Shown piece after piece: positions 44,166 through 51,411 of a DNA stretch of 64,000 nt. How positions within the stretch are numbered: position 1 is the first letter of the stretch; each line of letters starts with the position of its first letter. The notes under the pieces are model-generated. The model was not told where the DNA came from. It saw nothing but the letters and a program-made list of their open reading frames with translations, and ran no database searches. The stretch comes from an uncultured candidatus Porisulfidus sp. (GTDB lineage Bacteria; Pseudomonadota; Gammaproteobacteria; Poriferisulfidales; Oxydemutatoraceae), in assembly GCA_965215125.1 (NCBI GenBank), contig OZ244052.1, positions 1,856,001 through 1,920,000 on the forward strand. The letters are read 5' to 3'. Position numbers and translations under genes: made by a program.

Positions 44166-46268
44166 CTAACTATTCGGTACATCCTTGTCTTTAACATCCC
44201 AAACACCCGGTGCTACACAAACTAAAGACGGGTGCGCCGGTATATGTAAAATTTTATTGATACCGGCTACTTTTTGTAATCGTTCTTTGATCTCGCTTAC
44301 CGTCAACGGGTGTCCGGCCTCTTTGATAATGGCAATGATTGCTTGAGTTTTGTTAAAACGTTGCTCGCCTTTGTTATAACCTTCCGTCGCTGTCCAAGTC
44401 ATTCTATTGAGACAGGTCAGTCTTTTGGATTTAGAAAGCACGATGTTTAGCAAATGGATGCCTAATTTGTCGGAGACTTCGTCTGCTTGTTCCGACAATT
44501 TAGAGAGTATTTCAAAACAATGCCATTGCTTTTTTGTCTTATCGGCGTAGACGATAGACTCGGCTTCACGGCAGATACGGGCAATCTGTTCGTCGGAGAA
44601 GGGTATATGTTTGTCAAGGCCGTATACCCCTTTTCTAAAAGAAAAACCAACCCTGTTTGCCGTAGGACATACTTGTAGTGGAGTTAGATTTAATCCCAGC
44701 TTAAGTTTTATCGCCTTGATAATTTCATGATGGTGCATCGGCGAGTCGGATTCGGAAAGGATTACTTTGATGGTTCTATGTAGCCCTCTGCCGTAGTCTA
44801 CAAATGTACGCGTACCGTCGGGGTTAATCTTAAAGTAACATAAATCGGAGACATGATCCCACAATAGATTTTTGAATTTCTCTGCACTATCGGGCAATAA
44901 TCTCCGTACATGTGAGAAAGCCTCGGTTTCGCTCCACCCTTTATCTACGGACGAAGATAATAATGCTTTTGCTGCCTCTACGGTACGCTTCCAAACAGAT
45001 TGCTCGATTGAGCTGAGATAGTATTTATTGCCGATTTTAATCACTCGTATATTGTGTTCTTTCATTGCGTTAATTAGATTTCCGAGAAATGTTTGATGCG
45101 AGTGGATGCCGCTGAACCATAGATCGTTAGTTTCTATGTGATCTAGAGATAACGGAAAGTCCGCCTCATTTGATAATCGGATAATTTTTTGCCTGAAGAT
45201 ATACCCCAAAAGAGAATTTCTAAAATTCTTTATCATCGCAGCATGGGTCAGAGTGATATATATGATTGACTTGGCGCAGGTGTTCGAGATTTTTTGCATG
45301 GTTTGAGAGGTAGCCTCGAATTCCATCCGACGCGTAAAAATATAAAGATCGGTAGGATAGAGCGACGATAGAAAACGTCTTATACTTTCAATGAAGGTGA
45401 GCTTAAGGTGTATGGAGACCCTCGAGTTCGGTATCAAAGCGATATTTACGGGGCAATCTATATCGGATAATAGCTTTCCGAGTAGCGCGGTATTTAAGCA
45501 ATTTAGAATATTTTGCAAAGATTGACGTCCGAACATTCTTTTACCGAGTAATCTTTCCGGTGAGCATGTTGCAAGATCCGAAATTGTTTCAATACCGGCT
45601 TCCTTCATAATGCAAACGGGTCCTTTCGGGAAATTTATGTCTATCAGCTTCCATTTACCTAGCCACGGGAGAGCTAAATGCGCCAACTTACACGGATCTT
45701 TGCAGTTATCTGCGTAGCGTAGTACTTTCATCAGCTGTTGGATTTTGTCCGGCTCGGCTATTGCGTCGCGTATAAGATCATCGTCAATATCACCATCCCG
45801 AGGTTGTTTTTCATCGGGTATCGGATTATCGTCGAGAATTTTGTTTAAGAAAATACACAGACTATACAGAGTTTTGTAGCCGAAAGGTGTTTGCTTGTGC
45901 AATTTTTCGGTTGTCCAAGTGGCAAGATCTTCAACTGTTTGTATATTGTTTTTTTGCAGAGCTTTGTAAATTTTAGGCGTGGTATTCGAGCTGGTCAATT
46001 TTTGTTTTGCCAACCACGGTGGTGCGGCGCGCGCAATCGCGCATGGATCTTTGCGGTTTCCACCGGTTAAATGACGTACCCGAAACATACTCAGTTTTTG
46101 TCGGGTAATCCGATCCAAATCATGCTCGGCATTGAGATATGAAACATCGTTATAGATTTTATGCGTGTTCAATATCTCTATGGCTTCGGGATTTTCTTTT
46201 ATATACAAAGCGACCCAATCTTGTGGTGCTTTGATGACGGTATTTGTTTTAGATCTATAAGTTTCCAT
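44166..46268 (-). CDS. Large hypothetical protein with two RNA-polymerase alpha-CTD-like repeats and C-terminal winged-helix-like segments
   Basis: Internal duplication DPC...PWL...NIQTVEDL...FGYKTL / DPC...PWL...GIETISDL...FGRQSL; AGGAGG upstream of the ATG at 46268. Confidence 0.7.
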   Translation of the reverse strand: METYRSKTNTVIKAPQDWVALYIKENPEAIEILNTHKIYNDVSYLNAEHDLDRITRQKLSMFRVRHLTGGNRKDPCAIARAAPPWLAKQKLTSSNTTPKIYKALQKNNIQTVEDLATWTTEKLHKQTPFGYKTLYSLCIFLNKILDDNPIPDEKQPRDGDIDDDLIRDAIAEPDKIQQLMKVLRYADNCKDPCKLAHLALPWLGKWKLIDINFPKGPVCIMKEAGIETISDLATCSPERLLGKRMFGRQSLQNILNCLNTALLGKLLSDIDCPVNIALIPNSRVSIHLKLTFIESIRRFLSSLYPTDLYIFTRRMEFEATSQTMQKISNTCAKSIIYITLTHAAMIKNFRNSLLGYIFRQKIIRLSNEADFPLSLDHIETNDLWFSGIHSHQTFLGNLINAMKEHNIRVIKIGNKYYLSSIEQSVWKRTVEAAKALLSSSVDKGWSETEAFSHVRRLLPDSAEKFKNLLWDHVSDLCYFKINPDGTRTFVDYGRGLHRTIKVILSESDSPMHHHEIIKAIKLKLGLNLTPLQVCPTANRVGFSFRKGVYGLDKHIPFSDEQIARICREAESIVYADKTKKQWHCFEILSKLSEQADEVSDKLGIHLLNIVLSKSKRLTCLNRMTWTATEGYNKGEQRFNKTQAIIAIIKEAGHPLTVSEIKERLQKVAGINKILHIPAHPSLVCVAPGVWDVKDKDVPNS

Positions 46269-46360
46269 AATGTCGATAATTCCTCCTAATCGTTTGATCA
46301 AATAAATTAAATGAAAGATTAGTCCGATTTTGGCACATAAAAAAGGTGTTTTGTTATATT

Positions 46361-46393
46361 TCCGACAAACGGTAGCTGAAATCCGACGAAAGC
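46361..46393 (-). promoter_or_regulatory. LytTR/AlgR-like direct-repeat pair upstream of the alpha-CTD gene
   Basis: On the minus strand, GCTTTCGTCGGA and CCGTTTGTCGGA exactly 21 bp apart. Confidence 0.6.
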
Positions 46394-46453
46394 TACTTTG
46401 AGGTTGTTAAAACCGTAAAGCGTCCCTGTGTCACATATTCCCTTTTTATAAAA

Positions 46454-46559
46454 CCGTTCGTCGGGTATTTAGGGCTGTTCATCAAAATTAGGAAAATCGT
46501 GCTACAGGGTGGGATAGGGTATACCTTAGTTTGCCCTAAGGCATTAATTCACATATAAT
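46454..46559 (+). promoter_or_regulatory. LytTR/AlgR-like box pair plus sigma70 promoter
   Basis: CCGTTCGTC (46454) and CTGTTCATC (46475) 21 bp apart; TTGCCC (46531)-17 bp-TATAAT (46554). Confidence 0.7.
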
Positions 46560-46573
46560 TCAGAGGAGTAAAA

Positions 46574-46846
46574 ATGAATACAATGATCAACCGAAGAACG
46601 GAGACTTTTAACACGATGCACGAATTGGAACAAGCGGGAATGTCGAGAACGCAAGCGGAGATAACGGCGCGTGCGATTGACCGACAAGTATCGATGTCAA
46701 TGCAAGAAGTATTAGATAAAATAGACGCTCGTTTTGATGCCGTTGAGAGGAGATTATCGTGGCTATACATAGAAAGCATTGTGGCTATATGTGTTATAGG
46801 TGCCGGTTTTACCGGTGTCATCATTGCGTTGTTGCGCATGGGTTAA
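46574..46846 (+). CDS. Small DUF1640/CCDC90 (mempromCC)-like protein: head, coiled coil, C-terminal TM anchor
   Basis: FNTMHELEQAGMSRTQAE head, IDARFDAVERRL coil, a hydrophobic C-terminus and a GAGGAG RBS. Confidence 0.72.
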   Translation: MNTMINRRTETFNTMHELEQAGMSRTQAEITARAIDRQVSMSMQEVLDKIDARFDAVERRLSWLYIESIVAICVIGAGFTGVIIALLRMG

Positions 46847-46856
46847 ATTACCAAAG

Positions 46857-46988
46857 CTACTCAAAGCTATTTTTTGACGCTTCATAGGTCAAGCAACGCC
46901 AGCTACCTCCATGTCCAGTTGCGGTATTCCCGGCTGCCATAATGTTTAACGAAGCATTTACATCCGCATTGTCATCGTGTCCGCAATC
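46857..46988 (-). pseudogene. Orphan 3' fragment of an IS200/IS605- or IS607-type tnpB with its overlapping omega-RNA/right-end region
   Basis: The minus strand translates to (D)CGHDDNADVNASLNIMAAG..., the end of the zinc ribbon plus the RuvC-III motif. It continues GGACATGGAGGTAGC...ACCTATGAAGCGTCAA. Confidence 0.75.
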
Positions 46989-46989
46989 A

Positions 46990-47205
46990 TCATAGAAACT
47001 TGATCATCAACCCGACACCTGCAAGGGTTATTCCTACAGCTCCATATATCTGCTTGATCAGTCGTGCTTCTAGTTTTGCTATGGTCGTTTCTAAATCTTT
47101 ATGAGTTACTAAATTATCGGTTTTGCGCAATTTGGTAGCAACCTCTAAAACCTCCTCATTAGAGGCACCGGGGATTTTTTCTAATAACGATATCACTGTA
47201 TTCAT
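46990..47205 (-). CDS. Small DUF1640/mempromCC-like membrane-anchored coiled-coil protein (paralog 1)
   Basis: NLVTHKDL neck-like motif, short coil, C-terminal TM and an AGGAG RBS. Confidence 0.72.
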   Translation of the reverse strand: MNTVISLLEKIPGASNEEVLEVATKLRKTDNLVTHKDLETTIAKLEARLIKQIYGAVGITLAGVGLMIKFL

Positions 47206-47220
47206 TGTTTTCTCCTATAG

Positions 47221-47328
47221 ATTATATTTGAATCGATACCCTAGGGCAAATCAGTGCATAGGGTATCCTTTTTCGAAATATGTAGCTTTACTAAATTCAA
47301 TGAGTGGTAGCAAATATCCGACGAACGG
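47221..47328 (-). promoter_or_regulatory. LytTR/AlgR-like box pair plus sigma70 promoter
   Basis: On the minus strand, CCGTTCGTC (47328-47320), CCACTCATT 21 bp later, and TTGCCC-17 bp-TATAAT (47249-47221). Confidence 0.7.
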
Positions 47329-47375
47329 CACCTTGGGCTGTAGGAACAGACTATTTCCCTACTGTGGAGGGATGT

Positions 47376-47667
47376 GAGGCTGTTGAAAAAGTGCGGACAT
47401 CGCACAAATCCAACCGCTGTACGCCACATAATTATCCAAACCACCTGTAGGGGCAGGACAAAGCCGCCGATTGAGCCGGTAGGTCAATCGGCAATTCTAA
47501 TGTCTGCCCTTAAGTACCGTTCTGCACAGCCGTAACCGCTTGCGCCGTATGGTTTTGGTTTCCATAAATTGGATGAATGAATGTATAAATCGTGCAGGCG
47601 CAACGCGTTACGGGCGGACATATAAGTCCGCCCCTACCACTCTATGAAATACTTTTTCAACAGCCCC
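47376..47667. mobile_element. MITE-like non-autonomous element (~290 bp) containing a REP doublet
   Basis: Terminal inverted repeats G(A/G)GGCTGTTGAAAAAGT at 47376-47392 and 47651-47667; no transposase ORF inside. Confidence 0.75.
47447..47637. repeat. Inverted pair of GTAG-type REP hairpins (REPIN-like); the left one carries family B in its loop
   Basis: GTAGGGGCAGGAC[B]ATGTCTGCCCT at 47447-47510, and GTAGGGGCGGACTTATATGTCCGCCCG on the minus strand at 47611-47637. Confidence 0.75.
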
Positions 47668-47673
47668 ACGACA

Positions 47674-47736
47674 CAACCACCCCGTCAGGCTGAATAGAAC
47701 CGTCGATTGAACCGGTAGGTCAATCGGCGGTTTTAT
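47674..47736 (-). repeat. Family A right half joined to a full family B palindrome
   Basis: CAACCACCCCGTCAGGCTGA followed by ATAGAACCGTCGATTGAACCGGTAGGTCAATCGGCGGTTTTAT. Confidence 0.82.
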
Positions 47737-47748
47737 GGTATCACTTCA

Positions 47749-47976
47749 TTATAAAAACTGGATCATCAATCCGACACCTGTGAGCGTTATTGCAACGGTT
47801 AATCCACCCACCGCATACATCTGCTTGATCAGTCGTGCTTCTAGTTTCGCTATAATTGTTTCTAAATCTTTATGAGCTACCAAATTATCGGTTCTGCGCA
47901 ATTTGGTAGCAACCTCTAGAACTTCCTGATTGGAAGCACCGGGGATTTTTTCTAATAACGATATCACTGTATTCAT
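47749..47976 (-). CDS. Small DUF1640/mempromCC-like protein (paralog 2, recent duplicate of 46990-47205)
   Basis: Nearly identical N-terminus (MNTVISLLEKIPGASN.EVLEVATKLR.TDNLV.HKDLET), with a 4-aa difference in the TM region. Confidence 0.72.
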   Translation of the reverse strand: MNTVISLLEKIPGASNQEVLEVATKLRRTDNLVAHKDLETIIAKLEARLIKQMYAVGGLTVAITLTGVGLMIQFL

Positions 47977-47991
47977 TGTCTTCTCCTATAG

Positions 47992-48099
47992 ATTATATTT
48001 GAATCGATGCCCTATGGCAAATCGGTATATAGGGTATCCCTTCCCGAGATGTGCCTGTTCACTAAACTCAATAAGCGGTAGCAAATATCCGACGAACGG
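47992..48099 (-). promoter_or_regulatory. LytTR/AlgR-like box pair plus sigma70 promoter
   Basis: On the minus strand, CCGTTCGTC (48099-48091), CCGCTTATT 21 bp later, and TTGCCA-17 bp-TATAAT (48020-47992). Confidence 0.7.
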
Positions 48100-48178
48100 T
48101 CATAGAGGGTGTGTATACTAGATATATGTAGAGGCAGATTTTGTATTCTGCAATCGGCAAACAAGTTAGGATAATAAA

Positions 48179-48454
48179 ATGACTAAGCAAACGGAAATAG
48201 TGAAAGCGTATCTAGAACGACACTTTGTAGGCACCGAAATAGACATTACCGAGGTACCCGAGGAGCACGGTTGGGGTTATAAAGTATCGTGCGAGGAGGG
48301 GCAATTCAATTTGTTGGTGCTCGACGAGGCTTTTGAAGGGTTAGACGACGAGCAAGCGGCAAGCCAAATGGAAACCTTCCAAGTTGCGGATGTGATGCGC
48401 GACATGGAAGGTTTTACTATTACCGTCACGAATAGCGGTTGTATTTTCAGATAA
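48179..48454 (+). CDS. Small acidic hypothetical protein
   Basis: 91 aa ORF with an AGGA RBS and protein-like composition. Confidence 0.7.
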   Translation: MTKQTEIVKAYLERHFVGTEIDITEVPEEHGWGYKVSCEEGQFNLLVLDEAFEGLDDEQAASQMETFQVADVMRDMEGFTITVTNSGCIFR

Positions 48455-48469
48455 AGGCGAAATCGCCGG

Positions 48470-48742
48470 CTATTCTGCGGTAGTCGGGTCTATAGTCGCT
48501 TTGATCTCGGAAATTTTATTTGCAGGAAACCCGCCCTCTTCGGCGTGCTTCTTGATGCTTTCTATATCGGGTGCGATATAGGTGCAATAGACTTTGTCGG
48601 CGGTGACTTGGCTTTCAACCCACTGAATCTGCGGTCCCATATTTTTTAGAATACCGCATGATTTCTGCGAGATGCCTTGCAGGTCATCCGCCGATAGATT
48701 ACCCGCACCGGGGATATCTCTTTCTATAATGTATTTAGGCAT
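48470..48742 (-). CDS. DUF4242 / SCO4226-like nickel-binding protein
   Basis: MPKYIIER.IPGAG, IQW.ES, DKVYCTYIAPD and HAEEGGFPA. Confidence 0.88.
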   Translation of the reverse strand: MPKYIIERDIPGAGNLSADDLQGISQKSCGILKNMGPQIQWVESQVTADKVYCTYIAPDIESIKKHAEEGGFPANKISEIKATIDPTTAE

Positions 48743-48818
48743 AATTTCCTCCGTTGTTATAATTTGAGATTCAACTAATTTGCGATATTATACCGCTAAT
48801 TATCTTAAACAGAAGAGA

Positions 48819-49514
48819 ATGGTCGTTTTATTTAACAGAATCCGAGAAAGCAAAACTTTTCAAATAATCGTCGTAGCACTAATCGTTGCCTCGGCTTTAT
48901 TGATCGGTGCCGACACTTTTAATCTGGAGTATAGATACAAGGCCACTATTCAGGTACTTAGTCAAGGCGTGACAATTTTCTTTTTAATTGAAATCATAAT
49001 CCGCTTTATCGGTGAACCGCATAAAAAAACTTTTTTCCGAGATGGCTGGAATGTATTCGATACGGTTGTCGTTGGGATTTCTTTGGTTCCCATAGGACCG
49101 GGTCCTTCGGTATTAATCGCACGCTTACTGCGTATCTTTAGAGTACTCCGTATTATATCGGTGATGCCGGAATTAAAAGTGCTAATTGAATGTTTGCTCA
49201 AATCTTTGCCGCGTATACTTTATACGAGTCTGTTGCTGTTCATCATTATGTATATCTACGCAGCGGCGGGTTCGTTGTTGTTTGAGTTCACCGACCCGGA
49301 ACGTTGGAAGGATATTGCGACCGCTTTATTCACACTGACCCAAGTACTCACACTATCCAGTTGGGAACAGGTATTTTTGCCGTTGCAGGCGGTGCATTGG
49401 TGGGCGTGGATATACCTTTATAGCTTTATTGCAATCGGTTCTATCACTATCTTAAACTTAATTATTGCAGTGCTGGTAGATGTCGTGATGGAACTCAAGG
49501 GTGATAAAGAGTAA
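48819..49514 (+). CDS. Bacterial voltage-gated cation channel (BacNav-like ion transporter)
   Basis: FFRDGWNVFD, S4 RLLRIFRVLRII, pore TLTQVLTLSSWE and S6 LNLIIAVLV. Confidence 0.9.
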   Translation: MVVLFNRIRESKTFQIIVVALIVASALLIGADTFNLEYRYKATIQVLSQGVTIFFLIEIIIRFIGEPHKKTFFRDGWNVFDTVVVGISLVPIGPGPSVLIARLLRIFRVLRIISVMPELKVLIECLLKSLPRILYTSLLLFIIMYIYAAAGSLLFEFTDPERWKDIATALFTLTQVLTLSSWEQVFLPLQAVHWWAWIYLYSFIAIGSITILNLIIAVLVDVVMELKGDKE

Positions 49515-49574
49515 TACGAACCATTCCCTCGACGGGGTAGTTGTGTCGTATCTGTACAAGTTTTGTGCTGGTAC

Positions 49575-49621
49575 ATTCCCCTCCTGTGGAGGGGTGTCAG
49601 GCGCAGCCTGACGGGGTGGTT
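49575..49621 (+). repeat. Family A canonical copy (an internally deleted copy lies at about 49523-49542)
   Basis: ATTCCCCTCCTGTGGAGGGGTGTCAGGCGCAGCCTGACGGGGTGGTT, with stems CCCCTCC/GGAGGGG and GTCAGGC/GCCTGAC. Confidence 0.92.
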
Positions 49622-49678
49622 GTGGCGTGTTTGCACACTGTCGCGTCGTCTGTGCAACTGCAACAAACGGCGGTTCTA

Positions 49679-50494
49679 CTAAGCATAAGGCACCAATACT
49701 TCACCCTTACCACCGACGGCGAGGTCGCCTATGTATCTTCGGATCAGCTTCTTGCGAGGAAGGTTTTGCAATGCCGGCATCAGTTGACCGATATGCTTGT
49801 AGAGTAGTATCAAAAAATCCATATTGTAATTAGAAGGTTGGCTGATGAAGGTATCGCCGAGCGTTTCGGCGGAACTCGCATCGCCGAGTAGCACGGTGCC
49901 GCGATGCATGCCATAAGCGCAGCGACTGCCGTTTTGTTTGAGCACGACGAGGTTTCCGGCTTTCATATGTGTAGCACCGTAGTCTCCGTTGTTGCCGCGC
50001 ACGACGATCAGACCGCGACGCATCAAATTGGCGGTACGGTCGCCTGCATTACCCATGATTAGCACGGTGCCACCGGACATTCCTTGCACCGCACCGATAG
50101 AAGCACCGCCGGTTGCATCGCCGGCATTGCCCTCGACGATGACGGTGCCACCGGACATGCTACATGCGGTATAATGACCGCTATCCCCGGTAATCTCCAA
50201 CTGTCCGCCGCCCAAAGTCGCTGCCGCATAATCTCCTACCGAACCCTCTACTTTGATTTGGTTTGCTTCCATTTTTGCGCCTACATAATCAAACTGCGTG
50301 CAGTCACCGTTAATCAATAAACTTTTGCTTGAGTCCTCTGCTATGTTGAATAAGTCGCCTACTGCAATATCGCCTTCCGAACTCGGTAGTGTTTGCTTTG
50401 CCAGTTGCTTTGCGGAGAGGCTATTGCAATAATCCGGCGTGAGCGTCTCGGCATTGATGCGCATCGTCGGGGAGGATTTTAATGTGAGTCTCAT
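49679..50494 (-). CDS. fhcC: Formyltransferase/hydrolase complex subunit C (FwdC-like GXGXG beta-helix)
   Basis: Gly-rich M.GG.V.V.GNAGD repeats, MRRGLI and GDLAVGGKGE. Confidence 0.92.
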   Translation of the reverse strand: MRLTLKSSPTMRINAETLTPDYCNSLSAKQLAKQTLPSSEGDIAVGDLFNIAEDSSKSLLINGDCTQFDYVGAKMEANQIKVEGSVGDYAAATLGGGQLEITGDSGHYTACSMSGGTVIVEGNAGDATGGASIGAVQGMSGGTVLIMGNAGDRTANLMRRGLIVVRGNNGDYGATHMKAGNLVVLKQNGSRCAYGMHRGTVLLGDASSAETLGDTFISQPSNYNMDFLILLYKHIGQLMPALQNLPRKKLIRRYIGDLAVGGKGEVLVPYA

Positions 50495-51411
50495 GCGCCT
50501 ATAATCTCCCACAAATGAAATTGATATTTTCCTAGATTCCCACCGTAATTGCCTGCCGAGATTGTCGTGATTCCCTCGGATAATCCCAACTCGCAGACTG
50601 CGGTAATGCCGACTCGCATCGCATCTATAATGTCCTGTACGTTGAGCCCGTCTATTACGATTTCCATCACCGCACCGGTATTGGCGCGTAGTTTGCTATC
50701 AACCATGCCTTTTAGGGTAGGACAATACTGTTCGTTCGTAGATGCACCGAGAAACTTATAGCGAGAGCCGACCTTGGAACCCGAGCGCACGCCGCCGCCG
50801 GGAAACGGCAAAACAAGATTCGGCAAGTCCGAGATGCTATCGATTGCGGCTTCGCATGCTTGCAGTGCTTGCGACGACGAGCGAGCAAAGATCAAAAAAT
50901 TACCGCCGCCGATCCCCGATGCCACGCCGGTATCGTCCTCGCAAATAAACTCGCCGTCCATCACCGGCACCCGCCAATAGCGTGTTTCTCCTATCACTTT
51001 GGAAGACTGATAGCCGTCTCCGAAATAACGAACATAGCGTCCGAGTGCAATTCTACGCTCGCCGTCCATGCCGGCGAATACCGCGCTGGTAGGGCAGGTC
51101 AACACGCATTGGGCGACTCGTCGCGTCAGTTGATCGCTTAGATTTCTGGTAGAAGTCGCAAACAGCAAAACCGAATAGCCCGGTCTGCTGTCGGGTGTCT
51201 CGGAGGATTTGTAGCGGCGTTCTATGCCGGCTTCTACATTGCAACCTATCACCGAAGTTGCAAAACCGACCGTCGTGCTTGCCGCATAGTGCGCCCATTT
51301 GTAGTTGATCGCAGTAATGATAATACGGGTTGCTCTCATGCCAAAAGCCTCGGCGTAGGTATTCTCTATCTCTACGCCGTTGATAGTAATGCCTTCTATG
51401 GGGTTCGACAT
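50491..51411 (-). CDS. fhcD: Formylmethanofuran:H4MPT formyltransferase (Ftr)
   Basis: NTYAEAF, GFATSVIGC..EAG, QCVLTCPT, FGDG, GGGN, RSGSKVGS and SAGNYGG.LG. Confidence 0.96.
   Translation of the reverse strand: MSNPIEGITINGVEIENTYAEAFGMRATRIIITAINYKWAHYAASTTVGFATSVIGCNVEAGIERRYKSSETPDSRPGYSVLLFATSTRNLSDQLTRRVAQCVLTCPTSAVFAGMDGERRIALGRYVRYFGDGYQSSKVIGETRYWRVPVMDGEFICEDDTGVASGIGGGNFLIFARSSSQALQACEAAIDSISDLPNLVLPFPGGGVRSGSKVGSRYKFLGASTNEQYCPTLKGMVDSKLRANTGAVMEIVIDGLNVQDIIDAMRVGITAVCELGLSEGITTISAGNYGGNLGKYQFHLWEIIGA

Noticed and set aside
46853-46873. Local targets for the putative omega-RNA guide (AAAGCTACT at about 46389, AAAGCTATTTT at about 21879)
   Set aside because: Matches of 9-11 nt in AT-rich sequence are expected by chance in 64 kb.
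46990-48100. Duplicated small genes as a diversity-generating retroelement TR/VR pair
   Set aside because: The differences are not adenine-specific, they include an indel and the promoter, and there is no reverse transcriptase in the window.
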